From: Nemertoderma westbladi
Taxonomy: Eukaryota > Animalia > Xenacoelomorpha
Reading direction: 5' to 3'
Assembly: GCA_032718475.1 (NCBI GenBank)
Contig: JAUCBJ010006959.1
Location: forward strand, 26,140-90,139
Length of the DNA stretch: 64,000 nt
Both the position numbers and the translations under genes were made by a program. The stretch's first letter is position 1. Each line of letters opens with the position of its first letter. A model generated the notes under the pieces. That model made no database searches, was not told the DNA's origin, and saw nothing but the letters and a program-made list of their open reading frames with translations. This document shows, piece after piece, positions 27,576-37,379 of this stretch.

Positions 27576-28098
27576 GAATGTAAGTTGTCAGCAAGTGTCA
27601 GCGATAAATTTTAAAGAATTAAAAAATCAATTATCAGGTAAACACATACTCAAACCAAATCAGTTTATATATAAGATATTTGGTGCCACATTATTAATAT
27701 TTAAAAATGGTCGTATTACATTATTAGGCAGTAAGTATAATTTCCAAAAAGTAAAAAAGCATATATTTGATAAAACTAGTATTAATTTGATTTTAAAATC
27801 TGTTAATTTATGTACTTATATTTTTAGTATTAAGTCTGTAGTCTATAGGTTATTGATAAACAATACCGGGTTTTATGTTGTCTTTGATAATGTGCAACTT
27901 CAAGTTATATATGAACCTGAAATTTTTAATAATTGCAAAATAAGAATAAATAATACCGTAGTCATTTGTTGTTTTCATACTGGTAAATGTACTTTAATGT
28001 GTTCACCTAGCAAATTTCATATTTATTACCCTATATTTAGTAAACTTGTTAATTATTTATTAATGTTTGGTGTTGTGACTTTAGGTGTTGGTGATTAG
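27553..28098 (+). CDS. Divergent TATA-box-binding-protein (TBP)-like protein
   Basis: 181 aa with both TBP pseudo-repeats: YQIVNKNVSC / ATLLIFKNGRITLLGSK, then YEPEIF / VICCFHTGKCTL / YYPIF. Compare the TBP motifs TALIFSSGKMVCTGAK, YEPELF, LLIFVSGKVVL and IYPIL. Confidence 0.8.
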   Translation: MNYQIVNKNVSCQQVSAINFKELKNQLSGKHILKPNQFIYKIFGATLLIFKNGRITLLGSKYNFQKVKKHIFDKTSINLILKSVNLCTYIFSIKSVVYRLLINNTGFYVVFDNVQLQVIYEPEIFNNCKIRINNTVVICCFHTGKCTLMCSPSKFHIYYPIFSKLVNYLLMFGVVTLGVGD

Positions 28099-28204
28099 AA
28101 GGTGAAAATTAAACATTATTATTTTTCAATCAATCAATCAATCGGTAGTTAGGGAAAACTAACCTCGTTTGAATAAGCATGACTCTCACGGGTTGACTGC
28201 GTGC

Positions 28205-28390
28205 CTAGCTGCGTAGCTGGCTGCGTGCCGCGAGGCTGACTACATGACCGACCGCGAGGCTGCTGCGCGCTGCGAGGCTGGCTGCGAGGTTGCTACGTGC
28301 CGCGAGGCTGGCTGCGAGGCTGGCTGGATGCGAGGCTGCCGCGTGCCGCGAGGCTGGCTGCGAGGCTGGCTGGATGCGAGGCTGGCAGCG
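28205..28390. repeat. GC-rich short-unit tandem repeat in the Polinton central spacer
   Basis: Degenerate GCTGGCTGCGAG / GCGTGCCGCGAG units. Confidence 0.85.
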
Positions 28391-29520
28391 ATGCTGCTCT
28401 GACTGCGTGGTTGACCGCATCCCATGACTGTGTACACATCTGATTATATCCGGCTCATGATATTGTATACAATGACTTAGTTTGTTACTGCGGGTGCTGT
28501 TACATTAATACTGTGGTACCGGTACCGTACTGCAGTACAATGCTAATTAAAGGAAATCAGTATGCTCTATCTGACAACGTAGTTACATCAAGAACAGCGA
28601 CAGTACTGCAGTACTGTATTGTTTAGGTAGGTGATCTAATCCCTATATGTGAGACTCCTGCATGTAATCTAGGTTATGACAGCAGTAGGCCTATGCTAAT
28701 CAAGGTTCGGGTAGACAGCAGTATCCTTATAGGTGAAAAAAAACAAATGCTATTGCATCAGATTACTGCTGTACTGATAAAGTGGATGACAGTTGTGGAT
28801 AGGAGCTGTGAGGTTGACCGCATCCTCGCAACGTGGCTGACTGCGTACACATCTGATTGTAACTAGCTCACGATATTGTATACATTAGCCTAGTTTGTTA
28901 CTGCAGGTACTGTTACATTAATACTGCAGTACAATGCTAATAAAACGAAATCAGTATGCTTTATCTGATTATGATGTTACATCAAGAACAGCGACAGTAC
29001 AGCAGTACTGTATTGTTTGAATAGGTGATCTAATCCCTATATGTGAGACCCCTGCATGCATCAGATTACTGCTGTACCGATACCACTAGACAGAAACTAC
29101 AGTGTTGGAAGAGTAAAACACTACCGGTACTGATAAAGTGGATGACAGTTGTAGATAGGCCTATAATTTATCAGTACCGGTACCAACAGGTTATCATTAC
29201 ACCCTATACAGATTATGTTGCATTTTCTGACTAATATTACTAGTCAACTACTGTATGTGTTATTAGTTTGCGATGTATAGGCTGTTTCACAATACCAGTA
29301 CATCTATATTAGAACGATATCGAGAATACTTACTGTACATGTTACGTCTACGTCATATTGTTAAATGTGCATGGTTAACCTACCGCGATTGACTCTTTTA
29401 GAGAACTTGTTGTAAAAAAAATTATATTTTATTATATTTTTATATTAACATCACGATCATCACCAAAATAAAATTATATTATCCCATCACATTACATTAC
29501 ATTATATGCTTAGAGTAAAC

Positions 29521-30114
29521 CTACAGTACATCTTCCACCGCAGTTATTTCTTTCTGTTTATCATCATCATCATCAGCCGCAGTTAAACGCTTTCTCAAGA
29601 AAAAGTGTAGAGCCTCAAACCAACCAACACGTTTTGCTGAGCAGTATCGCAGACAGTTATCCCTTATGTTTAAGTGGAACGCGCATACTGTAGTGATTCG
29701 GTCGTGAAATCGACAAGGTGTTAAATAATCGTGATATTGCTTATATATTCCCAATTTCTCCACCGAATTTGGTTCGAGAACATCGAGTTGGGAAACTAAT
29801 ATTGCCCGCTTCATCAACCCAAATACATGAATGTTTTTTTTATATTTTAAATGTCTCTTCATATATTTTATAAAGTCATCTTGAGAAATGTCCCCATAGT
29901 CCCAGGGCAAGTGAGAAGTCATATCTCGTAAATTGTTTACGTGAGCTGCATCTAAAGCTGATAACTTAATATTAGACGGGCCTTTAATTAAAAACGACTT
30001 TACATTAGTTTTGGTGTAATTAGAATCGTATATTGCAAATTCTTTAAATACTACCGGATACTCCTTATTGTCTATCTTATAATATTGAAAATCAACAAAA
30101 ATAATATTATCCAT
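29521..30114 (-). CDS. DEDD/DnaQ-like exonuclease-fold protein (possibly inactive)
   Basis: N-terminal IIFVDFQ..FKEFAI resembles DEDD motif I (DxE, here DxQ). Also H.LPWDYGD and a C-terminal Cys/His cluster. Confidence 0.6.
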   Translation of the reverse strand: MDNIIFVDFQYYKIDNKEYPVVFKEFAIYDSNYTKTNVKSFLIKGPSNIKLSALDAAHVNNLRDMTSHLPWDYGDISQDDFIKYMKRHLKYKKNIHVFGLMKRAILVSQLDVLEPNSVEKLGIYKQYHDYLTPCRFHDRITTVCAFHLNIRDNCLRYCSAKRVGWFEALHFFLRKRLTAADDDDDKQKEITAVEDVL

Positions 30115-30145
30115 TTTATCTGATAAACAAAAGTTAAATAATTAA

Positions 30146-30598
30146 TTACAAAGTTTGTTGGTTTAATTTATAATAATTAACAAGCCATTTATATAATATA
30201 ATTTCATTGATTTCCACATTATTTGTAAACGCTCTCATTGGATAGATTGTGTGAATTCGATTTACCAAATAATAGAGACAGTACAGACCGCATGTGGTCC
30301 TCCTGGGGTCTTGAAATTGTTTGCGTGTAGTACGCCACCTTGCGGAATTTTTCTCAAGCCATTTTTCGATGCATCTGTTTGGATATTTTGGTCCAAACGA
30401 GTCAAATACTTCGGCCTCATTATCTCGTATATATATCGCGATCCAATGAATCCCAGGCAGATGCTGTTTATCAGTATATACTATCAAACCATAATCCTGC
30501 TGCTTATTATTATCTAATTTAGGTAATTTATTAGCTGGAAACGCGCCCAAATAGTGACCACCCACTGGAAACATATCAAGGTCCTCTGTAGATAACAT
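30146..30598 (-). CDS. Adenain-like cysteine (maturation) protease
   Basis: TD..LPGIHW, FDSFG and Q.....TCGLYC give the His-Asp-Gln-Cys catalytic set of Polinton PRO. Confidence 0.95.
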   Translation of the reverse strand: MLSTEDLDMFPVGGHYLGAFPANKLPKLDNNKQQDYGLIVYTDKQHLPGIHWIAIYIRDNEAEVFDSFGPKYPNRCIEKWLEKNSARWRTTRKQFQDPRRTTCGLYCLYYLVNRIHTIYPMRAFTNNVEINEIILYKWLVNYYKLNQQTL

Positions 30599-30600
30599 AC

Positions 30601-31614
30601 TTAATCGATATGTATTTCTTTCCTGCTATTTAAACTTAATGATTGATCATAAATATTAAAAACGATTACATTTATGGTTTCAACCAACGGTTCAGCAAAT
30701 CTTAATTTTAATTGACCGTTAGTATATATCGACGGTTGCGGATCTCTAACATAGCCGTCGGCGGTTAGGTCCCAGGATAGGATGGGGCAATTACCTAAGT
30801 AGGTTTCATGGTCTATATTATTACCCCCATAACCGTTAATATATGTATTAATGTTCTTCATTAATTGAGTATACTCAAAAATATATGTTCCATCTGTAAA
30901 ATTAGGTTCGTATATTACACCCCCAACTGGAAGACCGTCTACAATCAGTTCTGCGCGTCTAAGGTTAAAATGTTCAAATTTCAAGGGATTGCTAATTAAT
31001 TCTCCCGAATAAGCGTTATTTGTTATGAAGCCAATAATAACTAATTTGGGTTTTTTACCATCAAATATGTTTGTTTGAGTGTAATTTGTGGTTTGAGCTG
31101 GAATAGTAAATGTAGTCACCTCTTTCTTTTGAAATTGATATTCAATATCGTAGATTCAATATCAAATAGGATGCGCGCTGGGATCAATTTCATTTCCGTG
31201 TTCTGATAAAGGTTGATGAAAACCACCCGCACCCAGTAGCCCATTTTTATCCTCGTAAGTTGTAAATAATAAATTGGATAAGTACGACTTGTAGAAATAA
31301 TGGTTATTGCTATTTTCAACCTGCTTCTCATTAAGGTCTATTTTAATATCACTCCACATAGTTTCAGCTGGGTAATTCAGCATATAAATATGGGAGTTTT
31401 CAAGTCGTCTATCCCAACGTACTGTACATTTTGTAATTAATAACGCGTCTTGCAGTTTCGTATAGAATTCATTGGATCTGGGTACAAGGAAGGTGACCTC
31501 CCTAGATTCGCTTCTGAGATTAGATACAGGGTAAATTGTTTCATAATGTTTTGCTTTAAATTCAGTCTGTATTGGCTGTGTAGAAAATAAATCTAATTCC
31601 TTAATAATTGACAT
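30601..31614 (-). pseudogene. Double-jelly-roll major capsid protein (PY), disrupted
   Basis: N-terminus ELDLFSTQPIQT; C-terminal half KPKLVIIGF..AYSG...NPLKFEHFNL..LKLRFAEPL. The two ORFs are in one frame, separated by two stops, and total only ~337 codons. Confidence 0.88.
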
Positions 31615-31616
31615 TA

Positions 31617-32177
31617 TTAAAAAATACTTTTTTCGCAGTGTTTCAGTTTGCCTTTTATATTTCTCTTTTTACTACGTCGATGATGTATGTTCATAGACAT
31701 TGGTCTAGCGGGTCGCTTTAAATCTCTATAAACTTTTTCTACAACCGACCTTGTTGATGGTTTCATTTTATTTAATGCTTTATTAATAACCGTATTAGCC
31801 TGCTGATGTAAGACCCGCTTACCTTTTGGTATTACGTGTTGTCTCATAAATTTTGTGGTAAATGGTAAAGCTTTTTGTAAAACTTTTTTAGCTAATGGTT
31901 TACCAAATTTTTTCAATGTCGATAAGGCGTCTGTAAATATACCTTCTCCGTGTTGATTTGCCCGCATACCTCTACGATAACGCTGAAAACGACGTTGTTT
32001 TAAGTTTGGACCAAATGCACCAATTTGTTGACCGTAAGGGTCAATATATGAACCACCACGAAAAACAGGAACTTGCGTCGAGCCTCTGGTACTTCTTCCG
32101 CCTTTAAAAACAGCAAGATTAGAGTCTGATCCCCCATATTGAGGTTTACTGTATCTTTGAAATAAATCAGAATCCAT
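31617..32177 (-). CDS. Basic virion core/membrane-active precursor protein (PW-like)
   Basis: QYGG, FKGG, FRGG and QHGEG glycine motifs followed by an amphipathic segment IFTDALSTLKKFGKPLAKKVL. Located between mCP and MCP. Confidence 0.7.
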   Translation of the reverse strand: MDSDLFQRYSKPQYGGSDSNLAVFKGGRSTRGSTQVPVFRGGSYIDPYGQQIGAFGPNLKQRRFQRYRRGMRANQHGEGIFTDALSTLKKFGKPLAKKVLQKALPFTTKFMRQHVIPKGKRVLHQQANTVINKALNKMKPSTRSVVEKVYRDLKRPARPMSMNIHHRRSKKRNIKGKLKHCEKSIF

Positions 32178-33033
32178 TTGAATTTATTCGTTTAAAGTGT
32201 AAGGTAATACAAGTTGTCCCGTATTCAAAATTCAAATCTTTTCCTTCTTTGTCTGTTATTTCAATATGAATGTATGTTATCTTATATGATTTTTTTACAG
32301 GGATATAATGAATTGTATCCTTGACAAATTCTTTATTTATTACGCTACCATATTTCACATCATCAGGTATCGCAACACGACGAAGTAAAGCTAAACCAAA
32401 GTCGTTAATATATTGATTTTCAATTATATTAGTAGTCACGTACATGTTCGATTTAGGTTCTGGAATAGAGTTGGGCGGTTGAGGGCATAAAAATACCATC
32501 TGGTAAGCTTTTTCTCCATTTCCGATAACCTTTATTAAATAACCCTTTATATTATTTTTCGTCTTCAAAATAATTTTAAAATTTGGATTTAAATTCGCAC
32601 CGAGATTATTTTCAGTAATTCCAAAATAATAGGCTAATTGTTGGCCTATAAATAACTCTCGCACAGTTTTCCCTAAAATAAATTGCAATCTATTTTGCTG
32701 AGTATTTTCAACTATTTGTAATTTATCTTTCAATGTCCCCGTGTTAAAATAATCTATAATGTCATTGATACTGTAGAATAAACCAGATGGAAGTGTATCC
32801 TCAAAAATTTTTTTCCCTTTTTTTAATAAAATAACATTCTCTACATTGTTATACATGGACGGCAACGTTGCTAAGTAAAATATACTTTTTATACCTACCA
32901 CCCAGTTTTCGTTTGGATTTATAGGTAAGGCACCGTGGAAATTTATCTGATAATTACTAGCGCTATTGCGGGGAAAATCAATTGGACATGAGTTACTCGG
33001 CAGCCTTACGTAGAACTCATCCATCGCCGCCAC
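32167..33033 (-). CDS. Minor capsid protein (PX/penton-like), paralog 1
   Basis: FYVRLPSNS..FPRNSASNY N-terminus; MYVTTNII...LLRRV and IHYIPV...ITLHFKR C-terminus. Confidence 0.88.
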   Translation of the reverse strand: MAAMDEFYVRLPSNSCPIDFPRNSASNYQINFHGALPINPNENWVVGIKSIFYLATLPSMYNNVENVILLKKGKKIFEDTLPSGLFYSINDIIDYFNTGTLKDKLQIVENTQQNRLQFILGKTVRELFIGQQLAYYFGITENNLGANLNPNFKIILKTKNNIKGYLIKVIGNGEKAYQMVFLCPQPPNSIPEPKSNMYVTTNIIENQYINDFGLALLRRVAIPDDVKYGSVINKEFVKDTIHYIPVKKSYKITYIHIEITDKEGKDLNFEYGTTCITLHFKRINSNGF

Positions 33034-33889
33034 CCCGTATTAACTTAAGTGTTATAACAGTACGGCCCCCACTGAAGTGAATTAATTGACCTTGGCCGTC
33101 ACATAAAGTAATTAAGATTGTTTTTAGTTTTTTATTCAACAATGGGAAATAGCAAATGCTCTCGTATTCGTGATTAATATATTTTCGATTTAATTGCGTT
33201 AAAGGGCAGGTTCTTAAGAGCGGTGCTAAAGCGTCGCCAACAAATGAGCTCTTAATAATATCTGTGTATATAAAGATAGTGTCTTTATTACGTGTTATAT
33301 TTGTGGGAGCTGGAAAATCTAAAATGCCAATTTCCGAAATTTTTGGTCCGCTATAATTTAAAATTAATATCGGCTGTTCTATATTGCTTAATTCATCTAC
33401 TGTAGTGGTACTGTATATATCCCAATTCGGAATATCCGGATGATTCCGATCCAATAACGGTTTTAAGCCTAGAATTTGTATTAAATCACCTCGTAGACTT
33501 AATTGTATTTTTTTCAACTTTTTAGGAAATTTAAATTTAATTCTAGAATTATTTGTATTAAAAATGAATTCGAAATCTCTATATTTCGCTTCAGAATTAA
33601 ACAGTTTATTTATATCATCAATAATCACTTGAATAGAGTTATGCATACCAGGAAATAAACTATATAATTTGGCATCTTTTGCATCTACCCCGATTGACAG
33701 TGAGATTTGAGTTTGCAGCGTAATATTACTGTATGTTGCTTGGTATTGAAGTTCGGCGAGTCCAATTTTGGCATTTGGACCAATATATAATTCTTCGGCT
33801 AAATCAACAGTAAACTCACTAGGATTATTATTGGGATAAGTGTTCAATGAGCTATCTGACAGTAGAGTGATATATGTATCTGTGGCCAT
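33017..33889 (-). CDS. Minor capsid protein (PX/penton-like), paralog 2
   Basis: YITLLSDSS..YPNNNPSEF N-terminus; IFIYTDII..SFVGD..APLLR and I.ITLCD..G..IHF.GG.TVITL. Confidence 0.9.
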   Translation of the reverse strand: MATDTYITLLSDSSLNTYPNNNPSEFTVDLAEELYIGPNAKIGLAELQYQATYSNITLQTQISLSIGVDAKDAKLYSLFPGMHNSIQVIIDDINKLFNSEAKYRDFEFIFNTNNSRIKFKFPKKLKKIQLSLRGDLIQILGLKPLLDRNHPDIPNWDIYSTTTVDELSNIEQPILILNYSGPKISEIGILDFPAPTNITRNKDTIFIYTDIIKSSFVGDALAPLLRTCPLTQLNRKYINHEYESICYFPLLNKKLKTILITLCDGQGQLIHFSGGRTVITLKLIRGGGDG

Positions 33890-34133
33890 TATTAAAGCTC
33901 GCTCGCTCTCTCTACTTGACTCCTTTGTACATACAGTATAATGTTAAATTATAGACATCTGTGACCACGTTCATTGCCAGCATCTTCTACAGTATATGCG
34001 TGGGATCAATATTTTACTGGCTTTATTTAAAGCGGATGAACTATAGATATAGTAATATCATTCGAGTTAATATTATTGATTAATTACGGTCATATGCGAC
34101 CAAAATGAATTAATATACAGTATAAACCTAAGC

Positions 34134-35240
34134 TTATTGAATATGCTGTACCCAGGACTGTTTCTTGGATCCGATGAATCGGACTAAATATTCTTTCTTC
34201 CCGTTGCGTACACGTTCTTTAAGTTTGCCAATATTTTTTTGGTCAATTGCTAGATAAATATTACTATTCGGGTGAACCTTTTGGAGTTCGTGAGAATAAA
34301 ATGAGCCCTTTATTATAGCTCCGGTGCTGTCCTTAATATCGAACATTACCGCTGGTACTCTATCCAACCTGACCCGATGAATAATAAATAATTCACGTGT
34401 CCATTGTTCTCGATAGCCTTTAGCGAAAGCAGTACGAGCAATAGATAATCGTACTGTATCTCCAACTTTAAATTTTATTTTCTTGTGATTTATCTGTCTA
34501 TATTTCCCATATAATCTATTCATTAATTCAGTTTCATTAAATTTATTAACTTCAATAGGTGTCATTTGTATTGTTCTATGATACGACCTATTATAAGCCG
34601 AGATAAGCTTAGGTAAAATTTTTATCCAAATATTATTTCCTCTTTGTGTGAAAATTTTGAACATCTTTGTTTTTAAGGTTCTGTTAAATCTCTCGACAAT
34701 AGCCGCCTTATTCACAGAATACATTACGTAATACTGTATACCTAACGTATCTAAATATTTCCTTACAGATTTATTTAGAAACTCAGACCCTTGATCCGTG
34801 GCGATTCTGTTTGGTTTTCCTTTCTGGAATATTTTTTGCAATATACTAATAATTTCATCACCCTTTTTTGTTTTCATAGCATAGCCAAAAGCAAGCCGAC
34901 TGAAGGCATCAATGCACGTTAATATATAGTTATAATTATTATTTTGCGACTTATATTGCTGCATATCCACCAGATCTATCATATATATATCTTTTATGCC
35001 TCCCGTAAATATTTTAGATGTTGGATAATGTTGTCTACGTGGAGCGTGAAGGGTGTATGTCTTTTGTCCGCTCAACCATTTCTGAGCTTGCGTCGGTTTG
35101 ATGTTTGCAGCTTTTGCTAATTTTGCAACACTTGCAAATCCCGCGGGGGATGAAGGATCTAAATAAATTCTTAACAGTTTTTTGTCTAAGCTTCGGCTTA
35201 AAATCGGTTTCATCTTGCGAGGCATCTTTTCGACAACCAC
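34134..35240 (-). CDS. int: Retroviral-like (rve) integrase of the Polinton
   Basis: YTLH.P.R, DLVDM, CIDAFSR, TDQGSEF and VERFNRTLK (DDE intact). Short chromodomain-like tail EYLVRFIG..SWV. Confidence 0.96.
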   Translation of the reverse strand: MVVEKMPRKMKPILSRSLDKKLLRIYLDPSSPAGFASVAKLAKAANIKPTQAQKWLSGQKTYTLHAPRRQHYPTSKIFTGGIKDIYMIDLVDMQQYKSQNNNYNYILTCIDAFSRLAFGYAMKTKKGDEIISILQKIFQKGKPNRIATDQGSEFLNKSVRKYLDTLGIQYYVMYSVNKAAIVERFNRTLKTKMFKIFTQRGNNIWIKILPKLISAYNRSYHRTIQMTPIEVNKFNETELMNRLYGKYRQINHKKIKFKVGDTVRLSIARTAFAKGYREQWTRELFIIHRVRLDRVPAVMFDIKDSTGAIIKGSFYSHELQKVHPNSNIYLAIDQKNIGKLKERVRNGKKEYLVRFIGSKKQSWVQHIQ

Positions 35241-35276
35241 AAGTAATATGTATATTCAAATCTCTTATAAAGGGCA

Positions 35277-35447
35277 TCACCGTAAGAACAACTGAAATTT
35301 TTTAATTATTTTCTTCGAAGTTGATGTTTTAAAGGGTTTTCTTTTTGTAGTATTTACTCTAGGTATATCTTGTGGTTTTAAATCAGTAGCTAATGGTTTA
35401 CTCGATACTAAATATAATTTTCTAAATGTTACTCCCGTTTTAACCAT
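35277..35447 (-). CDS. Small basic ORF (56 aa) between the pX-like gene and the integrase
   Basis: Read manually: MVKTGVTFRKLYLVSSKP...KKFQLFLR*. Starts at TAATAATG just after the upstream stop. Confidence 0.45.
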   Translation of the reverse strand: MVKTGVTFRKLYLVSSKPLATDLKPQDIPRVNTTKRKPFKTSTSKKIIKKFQLFLR

Positions 35448-35453
35448 TATTAC

Positions 35454-35864
35454 CTACCGTCCACGGTTAATTTTTTTCGCAATAGCAGCCCCAGCGGCAG
35501 CGGCACCGGCACTCGCGGCTAGTTTCGCACCAATGCCGAGTAAGGGTATTAGAAACGGTAGTATGCCTCCAGATTGATTGCTTAACTTTTTTCTGTAACT
35601 TGATATATTTTTTGTCTTACGGTTGAGTGATTTCAATACCTTCTTATAGCGGCGAATATTTCTAAATGAATGAGGGGTCAATTGTACATTCCCTTTTAGA
35701 ACATTTAATGCAGTATTTACAATGAGTCGTATTAATTCGTTACTGGCGGTATGGTTAATAAAATAAGTTCTTTGTTGAGGGGTAGCGCTGCGTAGAAATT
35801 CCAGTTCGTTACGATATTTCTGCACAAGTCTATTCATTGTTGCAACATTATTGAAAATTGTCAC
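35454..35864 (-). CDS. Basic core protein with an adenovirus pX-like hydrophobic C-terminus
   Basis: Basic helical N-terminal part (ALNVLKGNVQLT), then QSGG followed by ILPFLIPLLGIGAKLAASAG. Confidence 0.75.
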   Translation of the reverse strand: MTIFNNVATMNRLVQKYRNELEFLRSATPQQRTYFINHTASNELIRLIVNTALNVLKGNVQLTPHSFRNIRRYKKVLKSLNRKTKNISSYRKKLSNQSGGILPFLIPLLGIGAKLAASAGAAAAGAAIAKKINRGR

Positions 35865-35972
35865 AAAATATTAATTATTTATCATTATTATTATTATTAT
35901 TTTCGCTACGTTTATAGTCAATGTAATTTTTAATGTAACAATTATGATTACGAAATATATCCGATCTAAATC

Positions 35973-36554
35973 TTAAATGTCGGGTGTTTCCTGTCGTAAA
36001 TCAATTAAGAAATGTGAAAATGGCTCAATTGTTGCATCTTGATAGGAATCAACTAAAAATTTGGTCTGTCCTGGTAACATTTGCTTCGCAAAATTTAAAA
36101 CCGATAGACTGTCTCTCGGATTTTTCATTAATACTAAAGTATGGCTATTAATTGATCTTGTGCGGTTATGCTTCCCACCGTAAAACATGTTTTGCGTTAT
36201 AAAACAAATAAATATATTGGAATGATGAGCTACCTTAGTAAACAATACAGTTAAAGCTGTACTGGACTCAGTTTCTGTTAACAAATCATCTATAATTAAT
36301 AAATCTCGACTATTCACTAAACTATCTATATTTTCAGGCAAGCCTTTGTAAATGTGAGTAATACCAGGAATAGTCGGGGGATTGCTCCCGTAACAATACA
36401 ATACTCGCAAGGGGGCTTCGTTGAAACAACCATTCTTGTGTTTAATTAAATTCCCCACAAAAGTTGATTTTCCAGAACCAGATGGTCCTGAAATTATCAT
36501 ACTTGTACCCATTTGAAAGTTTAAATTATATGGACCTGAATTAAAGTCAGCCAT
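35973..36554 (-). CDS. A32/FtsK-like DNA packaging ATPase (C-terminal frameshift likely)
   Basis: Walker A GPSGSGKST, Walker B LLIIDD, ITQN and RTRSIN. The expected tail HLRFRSDIF continues in a shifted frame just after the stop. Confidence 0.93.
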   Translation of the reverse strand: MADFNSGPYNLNFQMGTSMIISGPSGSGKSTFVGNLIKHKNGCFNEAPLRVLYCYGSNPPTIPGITHIYKGLPENIDSLVNSRDLLIIDDLLTETESSTALTVLFTKVAHHSNIFICFITQNMFYGGKHNRTRSINSHTLVLMKNPRDSLSVLNFAKQMLPGQTKFLVDSYQDATIEPFSHFLIDLRQETPDI

Positions 36555-36761
36555 TTATTATTATTAAGATATATCAACAATACAATATAATATAATATCA
36601 ATATCAATAAACCAACACCATTACTATGTATATAACAATAATTGATGCAACTATAATATTAGAATACTGTATATTTAATTAACATATGAGGCCCCTACAG
36701 TATGTGACGCTCGCTGCAGCAAAAGGTGCTATTTCCAATTATAGTATAGACTGATGTAATT

Positions 36762-37214
36762 TCAAGCATGGTGAGCATCTTTATACGCGAAATAATGATA
36801 GGTAACATCGGCGGATTGGAAATCACTTCCCGAAAATTTCGCGCTAATGATTTTTTTATGTTCGCCGCTAAAAAAATAAGGAATATAGTAGCAACAGCGT
36901 CGTACTACGTTTCTATAAAAAATATTCTCCAATATTGTAAATAAATCTCCGGGATCATTACTTTTCGCAGAAATATAAGTTATATTGCGAAGCTCTTTCC
37001 AATAATAGGGTTGGTATCTTGCCAACTTTATATTAAACTTAGATATGGGTGCGCGACAAATAGGACAAATTTTAGAACAATAATTATTCATTTCGGAATA
37101 TTGTACAATACATTGTACGCAAGTTGCATGTTTATTTTCACATTTATAATAATCTCGATGTTTTTGCAATAACTTAGAATAGCAAACTGGGCATTTTTCA
37201 TTTAAAATATCCAT
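36762..37214 (-). CDS. RING-finger protein (putative E3 ubiquitin ligase)
   Basis: CPVC-x-CENKH-x-CVQC-x-CPIC (C3HC4 pattern). Confidence 0.8.
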   Translation of the reverse strand: MDILNEKCPVCYSKLLQKHRDYYKCENKHATCVQCIVQYSEMNNYCSKICPICRAPISKFNIKLARYQPYYWKELRNITYISAKSNDPGDLFTILENIFYRNVVRRCCYYIPYFFSGEHKKIISAKFSGSDFQSADVTYHYFAYKDAHHA

Positions 37215-37379
37215 TTTCCAAATTTTAAAGTAAATTGAAAATAATTACCACAATACACAACAACAACAACAAACAAAACTGTTATATTGTATATACAAAT
37301 ACTACTACAATTTTCGATTATTTAAAAACAATAAAATTTTATATATAATCATAAAATATTTATAATATAGAGGGAAAAG

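Noticed and set aside
28205-28437. Ala/Ser/Gln-rich ORFs in the Polinton spacer
   Set aside because: Translations of a GC-rich tandem repeat.
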